Shown here: piece by piece, positions 49,540 through 59,714 of the stretch | Position numbering within the stretch: position 1 is the stretch's first letter | Layout of the letters: every line of letters begins with the position of its first letter | NCBI GenBank assembly: GCA_965200315.1 | Contig: OZ241362.1 | Location: 1,280,001-1,344,000, forward strand | Length of the DNA stretch: 64,000 nt | Direction of reading: 5' to 3' | Origin: Candidatus Latescibacterota bacterium | Lineage (GTDB): Bacteria > Latescibacterota > UBA2968 > UBA8231 | Notes under the pieces: generated by a model | Told to the model about the DNA's origin: nothing | What the model saw: the letters and a program-made list of their open reading frames with translations, nothing else | Databases searched by the model: none | Translations under genes and position numbers: made by a program

Positions 49540-51804
49540 CTACGGGTGTGCAGCATAGTGAATGGAAAGCCCATACGAGCGCCCCGGTAGCGGGTAGCCC
49601 CACAGATCGGCTACTTGATTGTCGGTCAGGTTGTGCAACTCCCAAGACAAGGAGACGTCCGCGACTAACGGCACAGTGCCACCGAGATTGTACAGGGCGC
49701 GGACAGGCACGGTGCGCAGATTGGCCCGGTCGAGAAAATGCCGGCTTTCGCGGCTGAATTCTCCGTAGAGCTCCGCACGGCCCGAGTCGAGAGAGACACG
49801 CACATTGAGCCGATGGCGCGGCGCATTGGGCAGGTCATTGCCCCGTTCAAAAGAGAACGGAGTGCGGTTTTTGGTGCGCTGGTACGCGTAATTGCCGCCG
49901 AGCACCAGCCTTGGCAACAACCGCGCCTCGGCCCGCGTTTCCACGCCGCGCAGCAAGGCCCGGCCCATATTGTGGGGCCGCGACACCCGCTGCGAGTTTT
50001 GTATAAAGCGAATGAGGTCTTCGACGCGATTGCGGTAGTACACGACCTCGGCCAAGGCCAGACCCGCGCCATCGGCGGGCCTACGGAAGACCAAGCCCAA
50101 ATCCCAGTTGTTCCCTTCTTCGCAGACGAGGTTGGTATTGCCAATTACCGCGCCTCGATCGCCGAAGAGTTCAAAGAAATTGGGTGCGCGCTGATAGCGG
50201 CCATTGTGGGCCTTGAGGGCCAAGCCAGCACCTAAGTCCAAGGCCGCACCCATGCGATAGCCCCACAGGATTTCGCCGTTATCGCGGCTCGGCAACACCT
50301 CGCTAGGCGCGAAGTTCTTCCGGTCAAAAAAGTGGTCGTCGAGCCCTTCTGCCTGCGTACCGGCATGGAAAATCAAGCGCGGCCCCAACGGCACCTCCAC
50401 CTCGGTGCCGACGGCCAAGGCCCGGCGGCGACTGCGCAAAAACCGGCTGTCGGGCCGCAGCAAATCCTCGGGCGCAAAGGTCTCGCGCCGAGCCGCGACA
50501 AAAGCAGTCAGCAGGGGCTGGCCGGGCAACAGGGCATTCACCTCGCCGCGCAGGCCCAAGCGCTGGGTGATATTGCGGTCGTGCTGGCGGCCTAAGCCCA
50601 CTTCGCCGTGCCGATCCTGGTACTCGCCTTTTTCGCGGGCGTGATGGGCTTTGAGCCGGTATCCGGCGCGGCCGTGCCCCAGCGGACCGAAAAGCACCGC
50701 TTCGGCGATGTGACGCCACGTATCGTAGCGAGTGTGCAGAGACTGGTTGTTACCAAGGCCGGGAATGCCTTTGTAGCTCAAATCAAAGGTATTGTGAATC
50801 TGCAAGCGGCTAGCACCCAAGCTGCGCCCGATTTTGGCCAAACCGCGCAAGCCGCGAAAATCGCTGTTGAGCCGCCGCGCCCAGCCGTCGTCTTGGGCGT
50901 TGTACTCGGTGCCGTTGTCGTCCCAAAAGCGGAAGTCGTTGCGGCTGGCTTGGTAGTTGACCAACCCCAAGTACTCCCAGCCCTTATAGGGGCCGCTGAG
51001 CGAGGCACCCAGTCGGCGGGTACCGTGCGAACCAGAAGCCGTGTGTAAGCGCGTGCGGACTTTGCCGCCGAGCGGCTGCGTGCGAATGTGGACCACGCCC
51101 CCGAGGCTGTTGCCACCAAAGCGCGCTGGCGCCGCGCCCCGATAGACATCGACGCTTTCGACGCCGCCGATGGGCAAGCCGCCTAGATCCACACCGCCGC
51201 CAACAGCCGAGTTGAGCGGCACTCCATCGAGGAAAACTTGGACCTGTTCGGCGGTGGACCCGCGAATGGAAAGGGTGCTAAAACTGCCCAACCCACCGTA
51301 GCGGCGGATGTTGACGCCGGTAGCGCGGTCGAGCGTCTGGGCTAAGTCCGCGCTGGGAGCGCGCTGGTTGCCCAAGACAATGGTTTCGACGAAAGAGGCA
51401 ACGTGCTTGCCCTCGGGGTGGCGGCGGGCGCGGACCACCAACTCGTCCATGAGCATGGGCAGAGATTGCAGGTGCAACTCGACTGCGGTGAGGGTTGCGC
51501 CGATCTGGACGTGGCCGTGCAGGGGCCGGTAGCCCAGCCGTTCCACGCGCAAATCCCAAGTGCCTGTTGATAGATTTTCGAGGCGGAAGGAGCCGCTCGT
51601 ATCGCTGCGAACGGAATGGATTGAGCCGGATGGGGCACTCAGCGTCAATACGGCACCGGACACGGGGCGTCCCGCATCCTGATCGAGCAGCCGGCCCTGC
51701 AGCACCCCGGCCAAGAGAGCTTCGGGATGCAGGGCCAGCAAGAAGAAAACAATAAAAAAGCCCGCCCTCGAATGAGTGCGGGTCTGGGTGCTTGTACTAG
51801 GCAC
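49540..51804 (-). CDS. btuB: TonB-dependent receptor (BtuB-like)
   Basis: N-terminal carboxypeptidase-regulatory-like domain; plug GGLGSFSTLSIRGS..QVQVFLDGVPL; NLTD..GYPLPGRSY; first gene after the riboswitch. Confidence 0.85.
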   Translation of the reverse strand: MPSTSTQTRTHSRAGFFIVFFLLALHPEALLAGVLQGRLLDQDAGRPVSGAVLTLSAPSGSIHSVRSDTSGSFRLENLSTGTWDLRVERLGYRPLHGHVQIGATLTAVELHLQSLPMLMDELVVRARRHPEGKHVASFVETIVLGNQRAPSADLAQTLDRATGVNIRRYGGLGSFSTLSIRGSTAEQVQVFLDGVPLNSAVGGGVDLGGLPIGGVESVDVYRGAAPARFGGNSLGGVVHIRTQPLGGKVRTRLHTASGSHGTRRLGASLSGPYKGWEYLGLVNYQASRNDFRFWDDNGTEYNAQDDGWARRLNSDFRGLRGLAKIGRSLGASRLQIHNTFDLSYKGIPGLGNNQSLHTRYDTWRHIAEAVLFGPLGHGRAGYRLKAHHAREKGEYQDRHGEVGLGRQHDRNITQRLGLRGEVNALLPGQPLLTAFVAARRETFAPEDLLRPDSRFLRSRRRALAVGTEVEVPLGPRLIFHAGTQAEGLDDHFFDRKNFAPSEVLPSRDNGEILWGYRMGAALDLGAGLALKAHNGRYQRAPNFFELFGDRGAVIGNTNLVCEEGNNWDLGLVFRRPADGAGLALAEVVYYRNRVEDLIRFIQNSQRVSRPHNMGRALLRGVETRAEARLLPRLVLGGNYAYQRTKNRTPFSFERGNDLPNAPRHRLNVRVSLDSGRAELYGEFSRESRHFLDRANLRTVPVRALYNLGGTVPLVADVSLSWELHNLTDNQVADLWGYPLPGRSYGLSIHYAAHP

Positions 51805-51847
51805 CGGTGGACCAACCTTTCTACCGAAGGGTGTCGTTGACCTCGGT

Positions 51848-52035
51848 CGCAGGCAGGTCTCCTGACTTCCGGTTATGTGCCGCCCGACTCCTTCCCGATC
51901 CTCTTGGGAATCAGTGGCTGACGTCGGGGACGCGACGGCTGGTGGGCCGCCAACCGGTCACAGTGGCGGGACCGCGGCAGATTTGCACTGCCTTCCCTAT
52001 TCTTCCGCTGCGTCTAACAGCGGACACCTGCGCCG
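51848..52035 (-). promoter_or_regulatory. Cobalamin riboswitch
   Basis: Minus strand reads AGGTG...AATAGGGAA GGCAGTGCAAATCTGCCGCGGTCCCGCCACTGTGA...CCACTG...GGGAAGG...AGTCAGGAGACCTGCC (B12 box). Confidence 0.93.
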
Positions 52036-52050
52036 TTATTTGATGGGGCT

Positions 52051-52079
52051 ATTAAAAGGGCCGCGTTGAGAGCTGTCAA
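52051..52079 (-). promoter_or_regulatory. Sigma70-type promoter of the B12 operon
   Basis: TTGACA-17 bp-TTTAAT immediately upstream of the riboswitch. Confidence 0.7.
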
Positions 52080-52113
52080 GAGTGCGCCGTTCCAAGAGGA
52101 GTTTAGCCAGCAC

Positions 52114-52281
52114 TTATTTCTCTTGCGAAGTCTGTTTTCTGCGGAGTACTCTGGCCCAATACTTCTCGTCCAACTCCCGATAATGGCGGACGAGTTCCTT
52201 CGGATCGTTCCCAACTTCCTCGGATATCTTCCGGCGGATGGCTCGAACTCGATCTATCACATCTTTAGAGTGCTCAGACAT
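52114..52281 (-). CDS. Small protein typically encoded after PIN toxins (putative antitoxin)
   Basis: MSEHSKDVIDRVRAIRRKISEEVGNDPKELVRHY; overlaps the stop of the PIN relic. Confidence 0.55.
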   Translation of the reverse strand: MSEHSKDVIDRVRAIRRKISEEVGNDPKELVRHYRELDEKYWARVLRRKQTSQEK

Positions 52282-52349
52282 CATCCTCACCGCCAAGGAG
52301 TTCCAAAGGGGTCACAAGATTTGTTGGCGTTCGCCAGATGCCGGATTCC
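52275..52349 (-). pseudogene. PIN-domain toxin C-terminal relic
   Basis: RHLANANK followed, after a frame change, by LVTPLELLGGEDDV*. Confidence 0.6.
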
Positions 52350-54270
52350 CCACATCCTCCACCCCAGCCCGCAACAGTTCGGCCACGCTCCACGCCTGGG
52401 CGATGCAGCCACGCGGCGCAAAAGGCGGCTCGGCGTCAAATATCTCCGAGACCGTGCCCAAGCCCGCCTCGTTCAGGTGCGCGGCAAAGCCGTCGAGGAG
52501 GGCGCGGCCGCGCTGGCGACCCACGCGACCGTGACAACGACAGAGGGCGGTGATGTACGGGCCGATGAGCCAGCCCCACACCGTGCCTTGGTGATACGCG
52601 CTGTCGCGCTCCCAAGGGCCGCCCGCATACCGGGGGCAATACGCCGGGTCGCTCGGAGAGAGGCTGCGCAGGCCGCGCGGGGTCAGCAAGTGTTCGTCAA
52701 TCACGGATAAAATTCGCCGCGCCCGCTCGCCTTCGACGAGCGGAAAGGGCAGCGAGAGCGCGAAAACTTGATTGGGGCGGATCGCCCAATCCGGCCCCTC
52801 GGGCGCAACCACGTCACACAAGTACCCCCGCTCTTCACACCAAAACAGGCGCTCAAAAGACGCCTGCACCTCAGCGGCGCGCTGGCCGTAATCGGCGCGT
52901 TGACCTAATGCTTCGGCCAAGTGCTGCAAAATTTTGAGCGCATTGTACCAAAGGGCATTGACCTCCACCGGCTTGCCCGTGCGCGGCGTGACCACCCAAT
53001 CGCCGATCTTGGCGTCCATCCACGTTAGTTGCACCCCCGGCTCGCCAGCCGTGAGCAGACCGTCGGCATCAACCCGGATCTGATAGCGCGTACCGCGTAC
53101 ATGCCAAGCCGCGATGTCCTCTAGCGTTGGCCATAGCTCGTCGGCCAACTCGTAGTCTTGGGTGTATTGCAAATACTGGTAGAGCGCGACAAAAAACCAC
53201 AAGGTCGCGTCAACAGCGCGGTATTCTAAAACCTCTCCCGCGTCGGGAAAACGGTTGGGGATCATGCCCTCGCTGACGTGCTCGGCAAACGCCGCAAAGA
53301 TGCTCCGCGCCTCGGCAAAGCGCCCGGTGACTAAGCACAGGCCGGGCAGGGCGATCATGGTGTCGCGGCCCCAATCCGTGAACCAGTGATAGCCAGCGAC
53401 AAGGGTGTGCAGGCCGTTGCCGCGCCGCACCAGAAACATATTGGCCGCCCTCGCCAGTGACCGCAGCAAAGGATCGGCGCACCAAGGGGCACGCACCGCC
53501 ACCTGCTGGCGGCGCTCGATCTCGCCGGCGAGAAGCGCGAGGGGGTCGCGGAGGGCGGGAAGCTCAGTGGCCGCCAGTACGCCAACGGTGGCTCCGGGGG
53601 AGAGCCGCAGGCGCAGGCGGCCGGGCGTGAACAGGTCTTCGCTGTGGTCGAGGCCGCGCTCTTGTTCGTGCGGATACTGGAAGTTGTAGTACCAGTCCGG
53701 GGCGGCCTCCCAGCACGCGCCCGGGGCGAGGAGGTAGGCGGTGGGCTGCTCCCGATAGGGGCGATAGGCCAGCGTGTCCCCAGCCCAATGGGCCGTTGGC
53801 TCCACTTGATCGTTGGCCTGCACCAAGTGGTGATAGTCCCGGCCGGCGAACAAGGGGCGCAATTCCAAATAAAGCGGACCGGGTGCCTGCACGAGTTCGT
53901 ACGCGACGACTAAGGCCTGCTCACCCGCGAGCAAAGCCAACCGCTTGCGCAACACCCACCCATCCCCCGCGTACGTCCACGTCGGCACCGGCTCAAGCGC
54001 GAAGGCCGTCAGCCATTGGTCGCCCCGTGGGTGAATGACTCCGGGGAAAATACTGCAACTCAGCTCGACGCGGCCAGTGGGCAGGGCCAAGGTCTCGTCG
54101 AGCCGCGAGAGCAACACCACGCGGCCAACCGGCGGACAGGTCGCCACGACCAGCAGGCCGTGGTAGCGCCGGGTGTGCGCACCGCTGACCGTGGAGGAGG
54201 CCCAGCCGCCCAAGCCGTTGGTCTCCAGCCACTCGCTGCCTTGAGGCAGGGCAAAGGCATCGGCCGGCAC
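52312..54270 (-). CDS. Amylo-alpha-1,6-glucosidase (glycogen debranching enzyme)
   Basis: EWLETNGLGG, AGYHWFTDWGRDT, LTWMDAK, AYHQGTVW, AQAWSVAE. Confidence 0.92.
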   Translation of the reverse strand: MPADAFALPQGSEWLETNGLGGWASSTVSGAHTRRYHGLLVVATCPPVGRVVLLSRLDETLALPTGRVELSCSIFPGVIHPRGDQWLTAFALEPVPTWTYAGDGWVLRKRLALLAGEQALVVAYELVQAPGPLYLELRPLFAGRDYHHLVQANDQVEPTAHWAGDTLAYRPYREQPTAYLLAPGACWEAAPDWYYNFQYPHEQERGLDHSEDLFTPGRLRLRLSPGATVGVLAATELPALRDPLALLAGEIERRQQVAVRAPWCADPLLRSLARAANMFLVRRGNGLHTLVAGYHWFTDWGRDTMIALPGLCLVTGRFAEARSIFAAFAEHVSEGMIPNRFPDAGEVLEYRAVDATLWFFVALYQYLQYTQDYELADELWPTLEDIAAWHVRGTRYQIRVDADGLLTAGEPGVQLTWMDAKIGDWVVTPRTGKPVEVNALWYNALKILQHLAEALGQRADYGQRAAEVQASFERLFWCEERGYLCDVVAPEGPDWAIRPNQVFALSLPFPLVEGERARRILSVIDEHLLTPRGLRSLSPSDPAYCPRYAGGPWERDSAYHQGTVWGWLIGPYITALCRCHGRVGRQRGRALLDGFAAHLNEAGLGTVSEIFDAEPPFAPRGCIAQAWSVAELLRAGVEDVGNPASGERQQIL

Positions 54271-54374
54271 TTATCGTTCAGTCTCTTTGCATTGAATTCG
54301 GAGATTAGTGGCCAGTGATCAGTAAGTAGTCCACCCCGCCGGTAGGGGACGAGCGCGGACCAATCACTAACCAC

Positions 54375-56330
54375 CTACTTATTAGCAATAAGCGAGTCCA
54401 CGACCGCTGGGTCGGCCAGCGTCGAGGTGTCGCCGATGGAGTCGGTCTCGTCGGTGGCTATCTTGCGCAGGATGCGGCGCATGATCTTACCCGAGCGCGT
54501 CTTGGGCAGGCCCGGCGCCCAGTGAATGACGTCCGGGGTGGCGATCGGGCCGATGGCCGTCCGCACCTGTTGCTTGAGCTCGTCTTTGAGTGCGTTGGTG
54601 TACTCCTCGCCGGCGTTGAGCGTCACGTAGGCGTAAATGCCCTCGCCCTTGATGTCGTGCGGGAAGCCAACGACGGCAGCCTCGGCCACCTTGGCGTGTA
54701 GCACCAACGCGCTTTCGACCTCGGCCGTGCCCATGCGGTGCCCGGAGACATTGATCACGTCATCAACGCGGCCGGTGATCCAGTAGTATCCATCCTCGTC
54801 GCGCCGACAGCCATCGCCCGTAAAGTAGTAGCCCTTGTACTGCTGGAAATAGGTCTGCTCAAAGCGCTCGTGGTCGCCGTACACGGTGCGCATCTGTCCC
54901 GGCCAAGGAGTGCGCATCGCCAACACGCCGACGACCCCATTCCCTTCCAACTCCGTCCCTTTCTCCGGGTCGAGCACGACCGGCTCAATGCCGAAGAAGG
55001 GGAAGGTGGCCGAGCCGGGCTTGGTGGGGGTCGCCCCAGGCAGCGGCGTGATGAGGACGCCGCCAGTCTCGGTCTGCCACCACGTATCGACGATGGGGCA
55101 GCGGCCCTTGCCGGCGTTTTTGTGATACCAGCGCCAAGCTTCGGGGTTGATCGGCTCGCCGACCGTCCCTAGCAGGCGCAGGGAAGGCATCTCGTATTGG
55201 GCGGGCCACTCCTCGCCGGCTGCGGCAATGGCGCGGATGGCAGTGGGGGCTGTGTAGAACTGATTGACGTTCCACTTCTCAATGGTCTGCCAGTAGCGGT
55301 CCGGGTTGGGATAGGTGGGAATGGCTTCAAACATCACGGTGGTCGCGCCGTTGGCCAGCGGGCCGTATATGATGTACGAGTGGCCAGTGATCCAGCCAAT
55401 GTCGGCCGCGCAAAAGTAGATGTCGCCATCTTGGTAATCGAACACGTACCTGTGAGTGGTGCCCGTATAGACCATGTACCCGCCCACTGTGTGCTGCACG
55501 CCCTTGGGCTTGCCGGTGGAGCCGGAGGTATAGAGGATGAAGAGCGGATCCTCGGCGTCCATGACCTCGCAAGCGCAGTCGGCGTCCGCGTTGGCCATCA
55601 GCTCGTGCCACCAGACATCGCGGCCGGCCTGCATATCCACGGCAAAATCCGCGCGATCGACCACGATGCAGGTCGCGACCTCGGCGTCCATGCGCGCATC
55701 CGCATCGGCCATGGCTTGGTCGGCCACAGGCTTCATCAGGATCGGCTTGTCGCCGCGATGGGTGCCGTTGCAGGTGATGACGGTGGTGCAAGTGGAATCC
55801 ACAATGCGGTCGGCGAGCGCGTCCGCGGAAAAGCCGCCGAACACAATCGAATGGATCGCGCCAATACGGGCGCAGGCCAGCATGGCAATGGCCAGCTCGG
55901 GCACCATCGGCAGGTAGATGGAGACGCGGTCGCCCTTGCTGACGCCGCGCGCCTTGAGCACGTTGGCGAATTTGCCGACCTGTTCGTGCAGCTCTTTATA
56001 GGTCAGCGTGGCATCTTCCCCCGGCTCGTTGCCCTCCCAGATGATGGCGACCTGATCGCCTTTCGCATCGAGGTGCCGGTCGAGGCAATTGTAGGTGATA
56101 TTGGTCTGGCCGCCGGCAAACCACTCAATCGCAATCGGCCCGGCGTCCATGTCGTAGTTGTAAGACCGCACGGTGTCCCACTTCTTGAACCAGTGGAACT
56201 GGGCGGCCTTTGCGGCCCAAAACGCCTCTGGATCGGCGATGGAGCGCGCGTACTCTGACCGATACTCGTCCATGCTTTTGACGTGAGCGCGGTCGCGTAA
56301 ATCAGCATTGGGTGCATAGACTTCAGACAT
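54375..56330 (-). CDS. acs: Acetyl-CoA synthetase
   Basis: [33 protein letters not shown]. Confidence 0.96.
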   Translation of the reverse strand: MSEVYAPNADLRDRAHVKSMDEYRSEYARSIADPEAFWAAKAAQFHWFKKWDTVRSYNYDMDAGPIAIEWFAGGQTNITYNCLDRHLDAKGDQVAIIWEGNEPGEDATLTYKELHEQVGKFANVLKARGVSKGDRVSIYLPMVPELAIAMLACARIGAIHSIVFGGFSADALADRIVDSTCTTVITCNGTHRGDKPILMKPVADQAMADADARMDAEVATCIVVDRADFAVDMQAGRDVWWHELMANADADCACEVMDAEDPLFILYTSGSTGKPKGVQHTVGGYMVYTGTTHRYVFDYQDGDIYFCAADIGWITGHSYIIYGPLANGATTVMFEAIPTYPNPDRYWQTIEKWNVNQFYTAPTAIRAIAAAGEEWPAQYEMPSLRLLGTVGEPINPEAWRWYHKNAGKGRCPIVDTWWQTETGGVLITPLPGATPTKPGSATFPFFGIEPVVLDPEKGTELEGNGVVGVLAMRTPWPGQMRTVYGDHERFEQTYFQQYKGYYFTGDGCRRDEDGYYWITGRVDDVINVSGHRMGTAEVESALVLHAKVAEAAVVGFPHDIKGEGIYAYVTLNAGEEYTNALKDELKQQVRTAIGPIATPDVIHWAPGLPKTRSGKIMRRILRKIATDETDSIGDTSTLADPAVVDSLIANK

Positions 56331-56480
56331 GCGAACTAACTCCTCATTAGGGTGTAAATAGCCATCAATAGCGCAAACTAAAACGACCCTCGCCTACAAG
56401 GGTTTAAGATCAACATCGCATAGCGCGATAGGAAAATAACCCTTGCTTCGCCTAAAGGCGAGTGGTTTAGAAGCCGTCGA

Positions 56481-56684
56481 GAAGGCAGCCGTCGCCGACA
56501 TCAGCAAAGCCGACGGCACGAGCATCAATCAGTTCGCAACCACGGCAATCGCCGAAAAGATCGCCGCCATGAAGACCGCCGAGTTTTTACCGAACGCGGC
56601 ACCGAAGCCGATGTTGAAGCGGCTCGCCGCCTGCTTCGACGCGACGGAGGCCAACCGCCGGAACCCGAGGATCGCCGGCCGTAA
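56481..56684 (+). pseudogene. Frameshifted, N-truncated RHH/HicB-type antitoxin
   Basis: KAAVADISKADGTSINQF..AIAEKIAAMKTAEF; after a frameshift in the T5 run at 56584 it reads TERGTEADVEAARRLLRRDGGQPPEPEDRRP*. Confidence 0.65.
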
Positions 56685-56686
56685 CA

Positions 56687-57472
56687 CTACTTGCCACCAG
56701 CCACCGGCGGCAAGGGCCACTCGTCGCCGGCCATGAAGCCGCCATCGACGTAAATGCACTGCCCGGTGACGTAATCCGAGGCGGGCGCGGCGAGAAAGAC
56801 AGCCGTGCCGACCATGTCTTCGGGCATCCCCAAGCGGTTGAGCGCAACCCGCCCCTCACCCCAAGTACGCATGGTGTCGTCGGCCCACAGCTTCTCACTG
56901 AGCGAGGTAATCACAAAGCCCGGGCAGATGGCGTTGACCTGAATGTTGTGCGGCCCAAACTCAATGGCTTGGCCCTTGGTGAGCTGGCCGACGGCTCCCT
57001 TGGTCGCGGTGTACACCGACACTTTGGCAAGGGCGTAGCCCGTGGTCAGCGAGCCGATGTTGATGATCTTGCCGCCTTGGCCGCGCTCGATCATCTGGCG
57101 GCCGACCTTCTGGCTGAGGAAGTACAGGCCCTTGAGATTGACGGCCATGATCTGGTCGTAGCTTTCCTCCGAGACCTCGACGATGGGCTGGCGGATGTTC
57201 ATGCCGGCATTGTTGAACAGGATGTCTATAGGCCCGCATTGCTCCAAGGCCGCGTCCATGCCCTCTAAGTCGGCCATGTCCAACTCGACCGCGCGGGCCT
57301 TGCCACCGGCAGCTTCAATGGCGGCGACGGCTTCGTCGAGTTGGCTGCGGGTGCGGGCGGCGCAGATAACCGTAGCTCCGGCCTCAGCCATGCCCGCAGC
57401 TACGCCGCGGCCAATGCCGCGACTGGCACCGGTGACGAGGGCGACTTTTCCCGCTAGCGAAAATAGATTCAC
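56687..57472 (-). CDS. SDR family oxidoreductase (KduD/gluconate dehydrogenase-like)
   Basis: VTGASRGIG, NNAG, YTATK, VDGG; AAGGAG RBS. Confidence 0.9.
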   Translation of the reverse strand: MNLFSLAGKVALVTGASRGIGRGVAAGMAEAGATVICAARTRSQLDEAVAAIEAAGGKARAVELDMADLEGMDAALEQCGPIDILFNNAGMNIRQPIVEVSEESYDQIMAVNLKGLYFLSQKVGRQMIERGQGGKIINIGSLTTGYALAKVSVYTATKGAVGQLTKGQAIEFGPHNIQVNAICPGFVITSLSEKLWADDTMRTWGEGRVALNRLGMPEDMVGTAVFLAAPASDYVTGQCIYVDGGFMAGDEWPLPPVAGGK

Positions 57473-57532
57473 AATACACTCCTTTGTTGTTTGTCGTTGC
57501 GTTGATTAATGCTGGCGTTCCAGCAAGGCTTT

Positions 57533-58471
57533 TCAGGTGGGTACGGAAGCGATTAGGTACTCCAGTTTTTCGCCTCCTAACGGCGCGACGTTGCAAGCGC
57601 GGCCGGCCGGTACTAGCGCAGTCGCACCCATGTCCAAGGCGCACTCCCCCACGCGCGCCCGGCCGCGGACGACCGTCAGCGACAGAAACGACTCTTCAGC
57701 CTGATGCTCGGCTTGGCCGCCGTCTAAGCCGCAACCGCGCAGCACAAAGTGCTCGGACTCTACCAGCACTTGGCCCTGCAGCACGGGATGCGGCACCGGG
57801 CCGGGCCGGTGTTGGGCAAAGTCGATGACCTCAAGGGCCTGCTCCCAGTGCAGCTCGCGCGGCCGGCCGTAGTCGTAGATGCGGAAGGTCAGGTCGCTCG
57901 TTTGCTGCACCTCGTACAGGACTACCCCTTGGCACAGGGCGTGTACCGTACCCGGCGGCAAAAAGAGCACGTCCCCTTGTGCAACCCGGTAAAAGCGGAC
58001 GACCTCAGCGACGCGGTTGGCCGCGTGGGCGGCGACGAACTCCGCGCGGCCCACGCCTTCGGCTAGCCCGCAAGCCACGCGGCCGCCATCTGATTGCAGC
58101 ACGTACCAAGCCTCCATCTTGCCGCTATCAACCAACCCCTTGCGCCGGGCGTACTCGTCGTCGGGATGCACTTGGATCGACAAGTCTTGCTGGGCGTCGA
58201 GGATCTTAATAAGCAGGGGAAAGCACCCACCGTAGCGCACCCATACCGCATCGCCCACTAGGTCGGCGCGATGCACGTCCAGCAGCTCGCCCAGCGAGCG
58301 ACCGTCCGCCGCTCGGCTCTCGCGGCCCTCGTACGCCGACAGCTCAAAAGACTCGCCAATGAGCGCGTCGCTTGGCAGGGCTTTGCCGTAGAGCGCAGCT
58401 AAGCGGCGTCCGCCCCACACCATCTCGCGGTAATAGGGCGTCAAGGGAATGACATCCGGCAATCTATCCAT
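57533..58471 (-). CDS. manA: Mannose-6-phosphate isomerase class I
   Basis: VWGGRRL, FPLLIKILDAQQDLSIQVHPDD, GTVHAL, EVQQTSDLTFRIYDY. Confidence 0.9.
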   Translation of the reverse strand: MDRLPDVIPLTPYYREMVWGGRRLAALYGKALPSDALIGESFELSAYEGRESRAADGRSLGELLDVHRADLVGDAVWVRYGGCFPLLIKILDAQQDLSIQVHPDDEYARRKGLVDSGKMEAWYVLQSDGGRVACGLAEGVGRAEFVAAHAANRVAEVVRFYRVAQGDVLFLPPGTVHALCQGVVLYEVQQTSDLTFRIYDYGRPRELHWEQALEVIDFAQHRPGPVPHPVLQGQVLVESEHFVLRGCGLDGGQAEHQAEESFLSLTVVRGRARVGECALDMGATALVPAGRACNVAPLGGEKLEYLIASVPT

Positions 58472-58692
58472 ATATCTATCGCGTTCGTCTTTTTGCTTGC
58501 CATTTGAAAGTATAGGACAACGGGGGCGAGACAATACTTAGGGACGGGATGCCACTTGCTAGCGCACACTCTAATAGGCTTAACGCCCCTATAAGCTTGA
58601 CAGCAAGCGGGCAAACCCTATCAATTGAGACAGTCTCATCGCGCAACGCGGGTCAATTCCACAACCAAGCTGCACCGGCAACCTCAAAATCT

Positions 58693-59220
58693 ATGACACC
58701 TGCTGACCTTGATATTCTCATTCAGCAAGGCGAAGGCACCACGTTTGAGTTCAAAGAGAGCCTCTCGGCGTCGTTCTCACGAGAGCTCGTGGCCATGGCC
58801 AACACAGTCGGAGGCAAGCTCCTGCTCGGGGTGCGCGATGACGGCACTGTGACCGGTGTCAAAGACTCCAATGCCCTGCGAGCTCGCGTCCAAGACATCG
58901 CCCGCAACTGCGACCCTCCGGTGAAGGTGCTGGTGGAGCCGGTAGATGACATATTAGCAGTGCATGTACGGGAGAGCGACGCCAAGCCAGTGCAGTGTAG
59001 CGAGGGCTTCTTCTGGCGTCAGGGTGCGGTGCCCCAGAAGCTCAGCCGCAGCGAAATCCGCGATTTTTTCCGCAGCGAGGGCGTAATTCGGTTCGATCTC
59101 TCGCCCTGCCCCCGTTTCCACTACCCAGAGGACTTTAACCGCGAGAAGTACGAGGCTTGGCTCAAGCTGTCCGGCATCAGTGGACAACCGCCGGTTGAAG
59201 ACGTGCTGGTCAACATCTAA
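58693..59220 (+). pseudogene. Schlafen/AlbA_2-domain protein, C-terminally truncated
   Basis: GEGTTFEFKES, AMANTVGGKLLLGVRDDG; ends abruptly (VLVNI*) at the junction with the RadC relic. Confidence 0.7.
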
Positions 59221-59612
59221 GGTTTCCTCAAGAGCGGCTTTGCAGGATTCGCCAAGCACGAGGTCATTGAGTTGCTGTTGACCTTGGCCATCCCCGTCCG
59301 GGACGTGAAGCCACAAGCCAAGGCACTGCTCGAGCACTTCGGTAGTCTGCGAGGAATTTTGGATGCAACACATCAAGAATTGCAAACCGTAGAAGGCATT
59401 GGCGAGGTCACCGCGACCGCCCTACACATCATTCGGGAAGCGGCGACGCTCTACTTGCAGGAAGCATCGGAGGGAGCGGAAGTGCTGCGCGACCCGGAGC
59501 GGCTCAGCGACTTCTGGCGCATGCTGCTGAGACCGTTGACCTTCAGGTTGTCGACCACCTGATTGTGTCAGCGTCGGAGACTTTCAGCTTCAGGGAGGCA
59601 GGGCTTTTATGA
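59221..59612 (+). pseudogene. radC: RadC relic lacking its start and JAB core
   Basis: FAKHEVIELLLTLAIP.RDVKPQAKALLEHFGSL...VEGIGE; another frame gives AETVDLQVVDHLIVS..FSFREAGLL*. Confidence 0.8.
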
Positions 59613-59714
59613 GCATCCATCCTTTTTATATTTTTTTGCTGGCAAGGCCAAGATAAAGGAAATTGGGCTTTGCACCTTTACCGATAAAGTAGCATCTAAT
59701 CTAAGGAACAGATA

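Noticed and set aside
54295-54376. Heptamer-like repeats (gattagtggccagtgatcagt...cactaaccac; also gttagtggttagtag at ~49503)
   Set aside because: Too short and degenerate to call an element or terminator
58597-58626. TTGACA upstream of the AlbA_2 gene
   Set aside because: No convincing -10 box at 16-18 bp spacing
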